The notes: a model not told the origin generated them from the letters alone. DNA of 64,000 nucleotides from Candidatus Chisholmbacteria bacterium (GCA_963704905.1 CAVPHZ010000002.1:203011-267010); one strand, 5' to 3'; shown: positions 30,471-39,990, counted from the stretch's first letter. Made by a program: numbers and translations.

Positions 30471-31655
30471 TCAGTTTACAAAAGACAATGCAATACCAGT
30501 TTTATTAGCTCGGCCGGTTCTCCCAATCCGATGGACATAATCTTCGTACGTCTGCGGAAGGTCATAATTGATGACATGGGAAATGTCATCTATGTCTAGA
30601 CCTCTGGAAGCGACATCAGTAGCTAAAAGAACTTGAACAACATTCTCTTTGAAACTCCTCAGCGCTAGTTGGCGTTGGTGTTGGGATTTATTTCCATGAA
30701 TTGCTGCAACTCGAAAACCTCTCTCTTGCAATGCTTTAGCTAACTTATTCATACCATATTTAGTCCGTCCAAACACCAATACTTTTTCAAAATCCTTCTG
30801 AATCAATAGATTATGCAAGATGTCAATTTTATTTCTCCCCTCCATTTTAATCACATCCTGATCGACATTATCGGTGATCGGTTTAGAATCGACAGATATT
30901 GTAACTGGATTCGTCAAAAAGCGTTTCATAATCCCATTAAGTTTTTCTGGTATTGTTGCCGAAAAGAATAATGACTGTCGGACACGAGGTAAATGGGAAA
31001 CGATATGCTTGATATCTCGAATAAATCCCATATCGAGCATTCGGTCCACCTCATCAAGTACAACAGTAGAAAAAGTTTCAAACCGAAGTACGTTACGCAT
31101 TTCTAAATCTCTCAATCTTCCAGGTGTACCAATGATAAAGTGAGGTCTTCGTCGGATCAATCCTATTTGACGGTTGATATTGACTCCTCCGATACACAAA
31201 GCAGAATATAAATGTAAGCCTCTTGAAAAAGATCGAAACTCTTCTTCAATTTGAATGGCTAACTCTCTTGTTGGTGTAATGACTAAAACATTTGATGAAT
31301 TATGATAAAAAATAGTATTGATAAGAGGAATTAAGAAAGCTGCCGTTTTTCCGGTTCCAGTATTAGCGACTCCCACCACATCTTTTTTCTCCAATATATG
31401 TGGAATGACTTTATCCTGAATCGGTGTAGGTTTCTCATAGCCACGATCTGAAATATTCTTCTTTATTTGGGCGTTTATAAGAAAATCACTAAACGAGTGT
31501 TGCGCAATATACACAACAGTAGATTTTTCAGTAGCCTTTTTTACTAGAAGAGATGGATCAAAAGTTTTCAAAACGTTGGATCGATTTCTTCCTCTTTGAT
31601 TAAACCCACCTCCGCGAAATCGACGCGAATATTGATATGACATATATACTTTCAT
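30471..31655 (-). CDS. DEAD-box ATP-dependent RNA helicase with N-terminal RGG-like segment; start uncertain
   Basis: Q motif region, ANTGTGKT (Walker A), DEVD (LDEVDRMLD), SAT, HRIGRTGRA. ORF-track TTG at 31685; candidate ATGs at 31655 and 31643. Confidence 0.9.
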   Translation of the reverse strand: MKVYMSYQYSRRFRGGGFNQRGRNRSNVLKTFDPSLLVKKATEKSTVVYIAQHSFSDFLINAQIKKNISDRGYEKPTPIQDKVIPHILEKKDVVGVANTGTGKTAAFLIPLINTIFYHNSSNVLVITPTRELAIQIEEEFRSFSRGLHLYSALCIGGVNINRQIGLIRRRPHFIIGTPGRLRDLEMRNVLRFETFSTVVLDEVDRMLDMGFIRDIKHIVSHLPRVRQSLFFSATIPEKLNGIMKRFLTNPVTISVDSKPITDNVDQDVIKMEGRNKIDILHNLLIQKDFEKVLVFGRTKYGMNKLAKALQERGFRVAAIHGNKSQHQRQLALRSFKENVVQVLLATDVASRGLDIDDISHVINYDLPQTYEDYVHRIGRTGRANKTGIALSFVN

Positions 31656-31991
31656 CAACAGATATCGGAAAAAGAAATTGTGCAAGAAGTTTGAAGTCGT
31701 AACTGACTCAGAGCAATTGCAAGCTTAAACCAATGACTGTTTTAATTAAATAAACAACTTGAGAAGTGTAACACGGGGTGATGCTGATTGCAAATACAGT
31801 GATTTATAATTTGCTGGCAGTCTGGGATGAAATGAAATACTATCCAAAATAATTACTAAAATCCCGGTCGAGACATAAAAAGTGGGTGCACAAACGGATG
31901 TTTTTCAAAGCCCCACCCTTTACTCATCAAAAATAGCTGCAACGTCATCTCCAGACGTTGATATACTGGTATGAAAGGATAAACACAAGAT

Positions 31992-32459
31992 ATGGCAATT
32001 TACTTAAGAGACATAATTCTCGGTGATAAAAAGAAGCTTGCCAAACTCGTCCGAAATTATCATCAAGAACTTTTTGGAGGAAGCAACCAATATAAATATC
32101 GATACCTTGATTCCTACTGGGTGGAAAACGATCGACACCCTTGCTACATCATGCTTGATGATATTGTTGTTGGCTTCGCATTAATTAACAAGCACACTAT
32201 ACTGTCGAAATCAGCAAATAACCTGGCAGAATTTTACATTAAGCCTGAATATCGGAAGAGAGGATTGGGAAACAAAGCTGCTAGAGAGGTCTTTAAAAGA
32301 TATCCCGGAAAATGGGAGGTAAGAGTTTTAAAAGAAAATGCACTTGCGTATTCCTTCTGGAAAAAGGTACTAAGTGTTTCCACCACAAAAAATTTCAAAG
32401 AAACGCTCCTTGATGAGTCAGAGTGGAAAGGGTCAGTATTTACTTTCTGGATAATTTAA
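31992..32459 (+). CDS. GNAT family N-acetyltransferase
   Basis: Acetyl-CoA binding motif A region VVGFALINKH...YIKPEYRKRGLGNKAAREVF (R-x-x-G-x-G/A). Confidence 0.6.
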   Translation: MAIYLRDIILGDKKKLAKLVRNYHQELFGGSNQYKYRYLDSYWVENDRHPCYIMLDDIVVGFALINKHTILSKSANNLAEFYIKPEYRKRGLGNKAAREVFKRYPGKWEVRVLKENALAYSFWKKVLSVSTTKNFKETLLDESEWKGSVFTFWII

Positions 32460-32674
32460 GACACTCTCAAGAAATTTTCAATCTCGGAAACGTACTAGAA
32501 CAGTAAATCGCTGGCTGGCAGCTTGGGATGAAATAAGGAATAAAGAATCTACAAATTACGTTTCTTTCTCCTAACTATTCCCAAAATTCTAACAGTTGAT
32601 TCTAAATCCAAGAATAACTGTTTTTCCCTAGGATAAAGATCCTAAGGAATTAATGATGCGTAGAAAAACTTAAG

Positions 32675-33259
32675 TTATGGGATTAAAATTACTTTTTCCA
32701 TGATGTTTTTATGAACATTTTCGATTGTTTGATCAGCAGTTATTTCTTCTAAAACATCTTTTTTCTTGTAATACTCAAGTGCTTGCTTTTCCCCTGATTT
32801 GTAAATTTCTAATCTGCTTTTAATTCTCTCTGGCGAGTCATGAAGTTCATCTGTCCCAGGATGAAGTGGTCTAGCTCTTTTTATAAGTCTTCTATATGAC
32901 TCCTCTTCGCTTAGGTTTAGATATATGACCAACTCAACTTGATATCCATATTTATCAATTTTTCTATCAAGGAATTTTGCTTGAGAAATATTTCTTGGAA
33001 ATCCGTCCATAATCCAGTCTCCTTTTGCATCGTCTTCTTTTAATCTCCTTTTCCATAAAACGAACATCTCGCTATCTGGAACGTATTTTCCTCTTCTTAA
33101 AGTATTTCTGCACCTCTTCCCAATCACACCCTTATCATTAGCTGCTGCATCTCTTATAAGTTCTCCAGAGTTTAATATTGGTATTTTTAATTTTTCCTTT
33201 AATAATTTCGCCTGAGTTCCCTTGCCTGATCCTTCAGCCCCAAATATTACTATGTGCAT
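32675..33259 (-). CDS. adk: Adenylate kinase (short type), in an AT-rich stretch
   Basis: P-loop GAEGSGKGTQA, NMP-binding GELIRD, DGFPRN motif. Local composition is visibly more AT-rich than flanking core genes. Confidence 0.75.
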   Translation of the reverse strand: MHIVIFGAEGSGKGTQAKLLKEKLKIPILNSGELIRDAAANDKGVIGKRCRNTLRRGKYVPDSEMFVLWKRRLKEDDAKGDWIMDGFPRNISQAKFLDRKIDKYGYQVELVIYLNLSEEESYRRLIKRARPLHPGTDELHDSPERIKSRLEIYKSGEKQALEYYKKKDVLEEITADQTIENVHKNIMEKVILIP

Positions 33260-33462
33260 GATATATTTTAGAATTCTTAATTTTCTTTCCTCCCCAAGGA
33301 TATTTTATAATTTCCAACTCATTTGGTTTACCTTATGGATAAACATATATAGTGCCCGTTAACTTCGCTCAGGGCGATTCTCTGCATAGATACATAGTAA
33401 AGATGAATGCTTGACTTTTTTTTGAGCTTAAATCCGTGAGCGAATGTATCGATTTAAATCGG

Positions 33463-33533
33463 CTGCGGGACTTGGACTCGAACCAAGACTGACGGCTTCA
33501 AAGGCCGCTGTCCTACCATTAGACGATCCCGCA
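33463..33533 (-). tRNA. tRNA-Gln (anticodon TTG)
   Basis: Manual fold: U1-A72 acceptor (TGCGGGA/TCCCGCA) typical of bacterial tRNA-Gln, 3-bp D stem, anticodon stem GCGGC/GCCGT with loop CTTTGAA, T arm CTTGG-TTCGAGT-CCAAG. Confidence 0.8.
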
Positions 33534-33578
33534 AAAAAACAACAATGTATATTTTACCAAAAATATTTGTAAGGAATA

Positions 33579-34850
33579 TCAGTTTCTCTGGATTGGTGTT
33601 TCTGTATTGATTGAAACACCATAAGAGCCACTCTGTAATAATTCGATCATTCTTCCTTGGATCTCGTATGCCTGTTTTTTTGATCTACCGATAATAACGT
33701 AGATAAGTTCATTTGATTTAAGAATGTTCTCAGAATTGATAAGAACACCTCGTTTTTCTTTATGGTCATACAATAACGTATCAAGTTGATCGAGAAGTGA
33801 TGAAAATTTAATCGATTTCCCATGAGGAAAGGAGAAGTGACTTCTTGAAATAATGTAGTAATCATCCATAAAATCTTTTCCTAATAACTTATAAACCACT
33901 CGGTATACATCTGTGCCTCCACTATTTCGCGTGTTAGACTCAGAAACATAAATTTGGTTGTTTTTAGAAGCTATCATGTCAATGTCAAAGTGACCACGAT
34001 ATCCTGCGGTACTAAATTTTTCAGCGATAAAATATCCTGTATCGATGATCTTTGTGCTAATTCGATCGTTGATCAAATCGTCATTAATATCTAAGCCGAT
34101 AAATTCTCCTTTTTGAGTCACTTCCATCAAACAATAATAGAGCATATCAATTCGTCCATTTTTTTGAATCTTAAATTCTATACTAGGAAATCCACCCCCG
34201 ATACCGTACTTAATATTGATGAGATCTTCGATCACAATTGGAAAGTTATCCCAATATTTATCGCTGTTGAAATTCCGGAGAATAGCGGCAACACACTCTC
34301 GGTATGTCTGAGGCAGATCGCCATTTCTAAATATCAGAATACCGCTTCCACCGCTTCCCTTATTTGTCTTGATGACAACACCTTTTTGCTTAATGTATTT
34401 GTTGGCAGCAATATTAGCTGCAACTTCTCTTCCGACACATATAATACCTTCTGGCATGATAAAATCAGGTTCCTGCAACCTGCTTTGTTGCGCGAGTTGA
34501 CGGATCCCTGATTTACTACCGAAGAAATTAACTGTCCAAGCACAATCAATCTCAGGTGTTTCAGGCGTGTAAACCTCAAGACCTAACTCAACGAGTGTTT
34601 CTTTGAGCTTATAGAATTCAGCCGAAGCAGAGTAGCTTATTAACGTAATCTTTTTATATAATTTTGCTTTTTCAACCAAAATATTCAACGATTTTGTATC
34701 ACTCAGAAGATCTTCGCAAATGAGATCTGATTTTTTCTCAGGGGTAATAATTTCGGCTGACTTGTACCCGAGCAGTTGTTTGGCATAACTTTGAAATTCA
34801 GGTGAAATTTTCCTAGGACTGATAAATATGAATTCAGGCTCGGTAGCCAT
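33579..34850 (-). CDS. ATP-grasp fold protein (putative carboxylate-amine ligase)
   Basis: Central/C-terminal region with ATP-grasp-like Gly-rich and acidic motifs (SGGSGILIF, ...SESNTRNSGGTD); AT-rich codon usage. ORF-track TTG 34856; first ATG 34850. Confidence 0.4.
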   Translation of the reverse strand: MATEPEFIFISPRKISPEFQSYAKQLLGYKSAEIITPEKKSDLICEDLLSDTKSLNILVEKAKLYKKITLISYSASAEFYKLKETLVELGLEVYTPETPEIDCAWTVNFFGSKSGIRQLAQQSRLQEPDFIMPEGIICVGREVAANIAANKYIKQKGVVIKTNKGSGGSGILIFRNGDLPQTYRECVAAILRNFNSDKYWDNFPIVIEDLINIKYGIGGGFPSIEFKIQKNGRIDMLYYCLMEVTQKGEFIGLDINDDLINDRISTKIIDTGYFIAEKFSTAGYRGHFDIDMIASKNNQIYVSESNTRNSGGTDVYRVVYKLLGKDFMDDYYIISRSHFSFPHGKSIKFSSLLDQLDTLLYDHKEKRGVLINSENILKSNELIYVIIGRSKKQAYEIQGRMIELLQSGSYGVSINTETPIQRN

Positions 34851-35099
34851 GCTCAAAAAAAAGCAATCTGTTGTTTCTTCACAACGAGCGATTTCTTCAA
34901 TCCTCTTTTTCGGAGTAGATAAATAGTTAATATACGACCACTCATCTTCAACGATATTGAAAACATATACTAACAGCTCATTTCGCAGAGGTTCCTTGTC
35001 GTTTTGTTTAAATTGTAGGAGTGCAGAAGTATTTTTCGTTGTAATAAATCCTTTATCTAATAGTATTGATTAACTTCGTAATTCAATAGCTATCATTTG

Positions 35100-35172
<73 letters not shown>

Positions 35173-35261
35173 TTCTTCGCAGTATACCAAACTCAGCTTT
35201 AGGTGTTTCACTGTAAATTTCATGAGAGACTTTGTTTCACTACTTCAATGAAATTTACTAG

Positions 35262-35334
35262 TGCCAGGGAGAGGAGTCGAACCTCTATCTCATGTTTTTC
35301 AGACACGCGCCGTGACCACCTTGGCTACCCTGGC
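35262..35334 (-). tRNA. tRNA-Phe (anticodon GAA), atypical D arm
   Basis: Manual fold: acceptor GCCAGGG/CCCTGGC, anticodon stem CGTGT/ACATG (one G-U) with loop CTGAAAA, T arm AGAGG-TTCGACT-CCTCT. D arm has a short 3-bp stem and long loop. Confidence 0.75.
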
Positions 35335-35418
35335 TATAAATCAATTCCCGATTCAGACTAAACAGTTTTTCTGTATTTGTAAAGTTGTGTTTGTACTCAA
35401 ACTCAATAGCAATTTCGG

Positions 35419-35492
35419 TGGCCGCTGCAGGGATCGAACCTGCGACCTCCCGGATGTAAACCGGACGCTCTAACCAGCTGAGCTAAGCGGCC
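35419..35492 (-). tRNA. tRNA-Val (anticodon TAC)
   Basis: Manual fold: acceptor GGCCGCT/AGCGGCC, D arm GCTC-AGCTGGTTA-GAGC, anticodon loop TTTACAT, T arm GCAGG-TTCGATC-CCTGC. Confidence 0.9.
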
Positions 35493-35534
35493 CCTACCTT
35501 AGTATTTAGACTGTAAGATCTACTGATTTTACAG

Positions 35535-35619
35535 TGCCGAGAAGAGGACTCGAACCTCCACGCCCATAATGGGCACATGCTCCTGAAGCATGCGCGTCTA
35601 CCAATTCCGCCATCTCGGC
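35535..35619 (-). tRNA. tRNA-Leu (anticodon CAG)
   Basis: Manual fold: acceptor GCCGAGA, anticodon stem CATGC/GCATG with loop TTCAGGA, long variable arm, T arm GGAGG-TTCGAGT-CCTCT. Confidence 0.9.
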
Positions 35620-35660
35620 TCTGGTCAGTGTTTACACTGTAAAATGTAAACATTTTACAG

Positions 35661-35744
35661 TGGGCAAGAGAGGACTCGAACCTCCACGCTCGTAAGAGCA
35701 CTACGTCCTCAACGTAGCCTGTCTGCCAATTCCAGCACTTGCCC
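35661..35744 (-). tRNA. tRNA-Leu (anticodon GAG)
   Basis: Manual fold: acceptor GGGCAAG/CTTGCCC, anticodon stem CTACG/CGTAG with loop TTGAGGA, long variable arm, T arm GGAGG-TTCGAGT-CCTCT. Confidence 0.9.
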
Positions 35745-35930
35745 TAATTTTCTGTCAAACCGAAAATTCTTATCAACATTTGATCGTATATGCTGTCAGT
35801 TTTACGGATGTTAGCGAACAGAGGCAAGTCTAAAGCATATACTAAAACTCTCAATTTACCTACTCGCCTGACAGAAATTTATTATATCACGCGGAAATAT
35901 GTACTCCTAGAAATTGAAGAGGGGGAGTGA

Positions 35931-36677
35931 CTAAAAAGTGAGGAGTAATTTTCTAAATAATTTTTTACGCTTCTTCGCATAGTCGGGAAACTTATTTTTC
36001 AGAGCCAAAACGACATGTTCAGCTGCATCTTGAATATTCATATCTGCAGTGTTTATAACCAGATCATAATAGTTGGCATTTGAAATATCTTTGTTAAAAT
36101 ACTGGCTGATAAATTGCTTCCGATGTGTATCAGTGTCCTTAATAACGTGGATAGCCTTATCCCTGGAAATACCCTCATGCTTAACAGCTCTTTCAACGCG
36201 GACTAAATACGGAGCTTGAATTCTCACATGGAGTCCGCTATTGAATGGGGTAACGAAATTTGCTCCACGACCAAGAATTACCACTTCCCCTTTTATAGCT
36301 GCCGAAAGTATTACCGAACTCAGATATCGCATGTACTGGATATCTGAGACATAATCGGGGTTAAACATACTATGTACCATGTCTTCAATAAAGTTTCTCC
36401 CTCGCTCATCAACAGATTGAACAAGCGCCTTACGTTTTCGAGCGCTACTCGCCAAATCGCTAATCAGCTTTTTATTGTAGTAATCAAAACTCAACCATTT
36501 TGAAACTAATTTGGCGACCGGTTTTCCACCGCTACCAGGTTCTCTGGAAATGGTTATAAATGGTTGAGTGAACTCAATTTCTTCGCCATCCAACTGCAAC
36601 GTTTCTGTACGTTTCAGCTCAACTCTAGAAGAACCGCTAAATGCTTTATTGACAAGTTTATCGTACGTACGCGCCAT
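35931..36677 (-). CDS. Cytidylate kinase-like family protein (P-loop NTPase, Cytidylate_kin2-like)
   Basis: ITISREPGSGG P-loop followed by VAKLVSKWLSFDYYNKKLI; overall similarity to the archaeal/bacterial cytidylate-kinase-like family. Confidence 0.55.
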   Translation of the reverse strand: MARTYDKLVNKAFSGSSRVELKRTETLQLDGEEIEFTQPFITISREPGSGGKPVAKLVSKWLSFDYYNKKLISDLASSARKRKALVQSVDERGRNFIEDMVHSMFNPDYVSDIQYMRYLSSVILSAAIKGEVVILGRGANFVTPFNSGLHVRIQAPYLVRVERAVKHEGISRDKAIHVIKDTDTHRKQFISQYFNKDISNANYYDLVINTADMNIQDAAEHVVLALKNKFPDYAKKRKKLFRKLLLTF

Positions 36678-36767
36678 AGTTTGCTAAACCATACACAAAT
36701 TACTACTCAGGGTCAATAAATCACCAATACATCTCATGAAGGGCGTTTTGATATAATCTTTACGCTC

Positions 36768-36841
36768 GCCCCAGTAGCTCAGTGGATTAGAGCATCTGTC
36801 TTCGGAACAGAGGGTCGGGGGTTCGAATCCCTCCTGGGGCA
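36768..36841 (+). tRNA. tRNA-Arg (anticodon TCG)
   Basis: Manual fold: acceptor GCCCCAG/CTGGGGC, D arm GCTC-AGTGGATTA-GAGC, anticodon stem TCTGT/ACAGA with loop CTTCGGA, T arm GGGGG-TTCGAAT-CCCTC. Extended -10 TGATATAAT 11 nt upstream. Confidence 0.9.
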
Positions 36842-36858
36842 CAACCAATGGAAAAATC

Positions 36859-37134
36859 ATGCAAATAGACACTATGAATTATTCACAGTGGTACGTGTAC
36901 ATAGCGCAGTGCTACGATGGTTCTCTCTATACAGGAATAACCACAGACCCAATACGAAGAGAGTTGGAGCATAATACCGATAATGTCTTAGGTGCTAGAT
37001 CCTTAAGATATAAGCGACCAGTGAAGATTGTCTATACGGAGACACATGCTACAAGATCGGATGCTACTTTACGGGAACATGCTATTAAGAGCCGGAATAG
37101 AGGTTATAAATTGAAATTAATTCAGGAGAAATAA
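36859..37134 (+). CDS. GIY-YIG nuclease superfamily protein (UPF0213-like)
   Basis: WYVYIAQCYDGSLYTGITTDPIRRELEHN matches the GIY-YIG UPF0213 pattern (YVYI..C.DGSLYTG.T.D..RR..EHN). Confidence 0.75.
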   Translation: MQIDTMNYSQWYVYIAQCYDGSLYTGITTDPIRRELEHNTDNVLGARSLRYKRPVKIVYTETHATRSDATLREHAIKSRNRGYKLKLIQEK

Positions 37135-37198
37135 CATAGTGAGTATCCTGAACATTAAAGAATTTTAGGTTTACTCAAAATAAAGCTCTGTATTTTAA

Positions 37199-37270
37199 GG
37201 GCCCGTAGCTCAGCGGTAGAGCAGTTGCCTCTTAAGCAATTGGTCGAAGGTTCGAATCCTTCCGGGCTCA
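37199..37270 (+). tRNA. tRNA-Lys (anticodon CTT)
   Basis: Manual fold: acceptor GGGCCCG, D arm GCTC-AGCGGTA-GAGC, anticodon stem GTTGC/GCAAT with loop CTCTTAA, T arm GAAGG-TTCGAAT-CCTTC. Confidence 0.9.
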
Positions 37271-37600
37271 CAAAAAAAGAAATCGGGTTGGGAGTGTGGG
37301 CAGCACTGGCTGCGCTCACCTCCGCAGATAGATCTGCAAAGGCAAAATCCAGATTCGCCGAGAGCCGCCCGTTAAAAAGAATGAAGAAAAACGTAAGTTT
37401 TAAAGAACTTATTTTTAACTTAAATGGCCTAACCGGCGGAACCAGTTAGTAATTATTTACAGCTGTCCGAATAGGTCATTAAAAACAAATACTTTTTTTC
37501 AACTGGTTTCATATTATATATAAACATTTTTACGAAAACAAAACATTATCGATAGAGATGTGAATGTAACAAAAAAAACTATTAAATTAGATTGTAAAAT

Positions 37601-38605
37601 ATGAGCAACGAAACGACACCACAATCTGAATTAAATTCACAGCTTAGAAACGCTGTATTTTCATTAAGTCTTACTGATAATCAGTCAAATTTATCATTTA
37701 GTCCTCGCGTGCAAAGATTTTTTGATGGAGGAATGCATACACCACTGCAACAATTATCTTTTCTACAATCTTGGGGGTCGCTTATACCCCCATCGGAACT
37801 TGAGGTAAAAAGACAGTGGTATAATCCAAAACCTAGACTTCAGGACGGCCTTGCAATATACCCAAGTTTAACTGGGTTTCCGTCAGATATTTTTATGTCT
37901 ATTGAAAACGAACCTACCCTATTATCGCAAGTTACCGATAAAATCAATCATGCTTCCAATGCAGTACTTTTGGGGGTGATAAGTATACGAAGTGTTATAG
38001 ACACAGCTACCTACTTAAAAGAGAAAGGATTTAAAGGTAGATTAACTGTCTATGATATTCAGGAAGCACCCTTAGAAATCGATAGAATATATCAAGAATT
38101 TGGATTACTACCCAAAGAAATTACTTTTGAATTTGTACAGCAAGATGTATTGAAAATAGAAAAAGATACCAGCGCAGATTTAATAATAAGTGATGTGTTA
38201 GGTTATTATCTTACACCAGAGCAATATCAAACATTAGGAAATGTAATTTCTCGAATGTTAAAACAACATGGGTTATGGATAACACGAGAGCTAGTAGAAC
38301 CTAACGGTCCACCTGAGCCGGAAGAAAGAGATGCATCAGGAAAAAGAGAAAGTGATCCTATCAATCCATTTAACCAATATATTGAAAAGCTTTTTGGTTT
38401 TAAATTAGATACTAAAATTATTGATGAGTTTGAAAAAACGAAATGGGTAATAGTACCAACATACACAAGAAAAAGTTTAGATGAATATACAAGTAGTATT
38501 CCTATTGAATTAAAAATGTTAGGTTTAATACCTATAACAACAGTCAAACAAATCGAATCTGAAAATCCAAGAATTTTTAATTCAGTTGTTTATCGTAAGA
38601 ATTAA
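37601..38605 (+). CDS. Hypothetical protein (334 aa), possibly a degenerate Rossmann/methyltransferase-like fold
   Basis: ATG start in an AT-rich region; weak class I MTase-like beta-strand/acidic pattern (RLTVYDIQE ... ADLIISDV) but no Gly-rich motif I. Confidence 0.35.
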   Translation: MSNETTPQSELNSQLRNAVFSLSLTDNQSNLSFSPRVQRFFDGGMHTPLQQLSFLQSWGSLIPPSELEVKRQWYNPKPRLQDGLAIYPSLTGFPSDIFMSIENEPTLLSQVTDKINHASNAVLLGVISIRSVIDTATYLKEKGFKGRLTVYDIQEAPLEIDRIYQEFGLLPKEITFEFVQQDVLKIEKDTSADLIISDVLGYYLTPEQYQTLGNVISRMLKQHGLWITRELVEPNGPPEPEERDASGKRESDPINPFNQYIEKLFGFKLDTKIIDEFEKTKWVIVPTYTRKSLDEYTSSIPIELKMLGLIPITTVKQIESENPRIFNSVVYRKN

Positions 38606-38779
38606 ATGCTCGGTTTAGCCGAGCAAAAATCGCTAGCGCAAAAAATAACTGAAGCGCGGCGGGTTGGATCGCCGCGCTTGAGTAGCGAGCTCCGCGAAGC
38701 GGGACGAACTAACAATTTGTCTTAAATGAGTTCTAATATTTTCGAAAACGTTCACAAAAAATAGAAACATCATTACCAT

Positions 38780-39121
38780 ATGTCAAACAGTTTTAAAGGC
38801 TTAATTTTCACCAATCACGCTCTCCAACGGATGCATGAGAGGAAACTCTCTCAAAATGATGTCTGGGCTGTTTGGTATAAGCCAGATCAATCACGCTTTG
38901 CTAAAAGCAAAGGAGCATGGATTTACTATAAAACTTGGAATAATCAAAAAGTGGAAGTTGTTGCGAAAAAGAACCCATCCAATGAATGGGTCATCCTTTC
39001 TGTCTGGTCAAAAGAAACCACGAAAGAAAATTCATCTGCTCTACCCATTAAACTACCACAAAGATCGACTCTTCGAAATGTGTTCGATAAAATTCTCCCC
39101 AAGCACATCAATTCCAAGTAA
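38780..39121 (+). CDS. Hypothetical protein with N-terminal HALQRMHER motif (DUF4258-like, toxin-like small protein)
   Basis: LIFTNHALQRMHERKLSQNDV resembles the conserved N-terminus of the DUF4258 family; 113 aa; no obvious partner antitoxin gene adjacent. Confidence 0.35.
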   Translation: MSNSFKGLIFTNHALQRMHERKLSQNDVWAVWYKPDQSRFAKSKGAWIYYKTWNNQKVEVVAKKNPSNEWVILSVWSKETTKENSSALPIKLPQRSTLRNVFDKILPKHINSK

Positions 39122-39378
39122 AACTCACATAAAATTCAGTGAGTAATGAAATTAATTATCAAATGGTTCCAAGAAATGTAAAGTGGTAAGAATGCAAGTA
39201 AAAGTAAACGGATAGAGTAAATATAAAGTATTACATTTCAGAAATAATTATTGGAGCAGACAAAGACAAAACATATCCTTCCTTGACATTCCATCTCAAA
39301 ATATGTCACGATTGATATGAATTGACTATTTACACCAGTTTAAAAGGTTGATAACGTTTTCAGGTACCTGCCGCCATT

Positions 39379-39990
39379 ATGAAACGCTTATTCATCGTCC
39401 TCACATGGTTTCCAGCAACAATCGTTACGTTATTTTTTAGTCTCCAAACCTACGCCCACATCAGCAGAACCGAAGAAATTCAATCACTTATAGCTGCAGA
39501 AACGCAACGCATAACACAGACACAAACACCATTCTTGGCATATGCCGCCATTCCACTGGCAGCAAACGACATCAAAACCGCAATTCGAACCGGTGATGCA
39601 AGACCAGTCATGATCGATCTTTATCTGGAAAGATATGCCTCTCCAATGGCTGGATATGGGGAATTCATATTTAAAACAGCCCAACAATACAACATCGATC
39701 CATATTTATTTGTGGCAATCGCTCAGCAAGAGTCAAACCTAGGCAAGAAGATGCCCTCTGACGACTGCCACAATGCCTGGGGATATGGAATTCACTCAAA
39801 AGGCACACTCTGCTTCGATTCCTGGGAAGAAGGGATCGAATCTGTCATGAAAGGTATCTCAGAAAATTACTTGAGTAGGGGTCTTCAAGAACCAGAGGAA
39901 ATTATGAAAATCTACACACCAAAATCAAACGGCTCATGGGCACATGGGGTAAATCAGTTCCTCGATGAACTTCGAACGGGTGAGTATTAA
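39379..39990 (+). CDS. Secreted protein, possible peptidoglycan hydrolase (glucosaminidase/lysozyme-like)
   Basis: Signal peptide; segment IDPYLFVAIAQQESNLGKK resembles the catalytic-Glu region of FlgJ-type glucosaminidase/lysozyme-like folds. Weak assignment. Confidence 0.35.
   Translation: MKRLFIVLTWFPATIVTLFFSLQTYAHISRTEEIQSLIAAETQRITQTQTPFLAYAAIPLAANDIKTAIRTGDARPVMIDLYLERYASPMAGYGEFIFKTAQQYNIDPYLFVAIAQQESNLGKKMPSDDCHNAWGYGIHSKGTLCFDSWEEGIESVMKGISENYLSRGLQEPEEIMKIYTPKSNGSWAHGVNQFLDELRTGEY

Noticed and set aside
35261-35701. ORF-track ORFs 35261-35473 (+) and 35483-35701 (-).
   Set aside because: Both run through four consecutive tRNA genes (Phe, Val, Leu, Leu) and are artefacts of the GC-rich tRNA sequence.
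36684-37449. ORF-track ORFs 36684-36872 (-) and 37225-37449 (+).
   Set aside because: They overlap tRNA-Arg(TCG) and start inside tRNA-Lys(CTT) respectively. No independent coding evidence; the GC-rich patch after tRNA-Lys was noted but not called as a gene.
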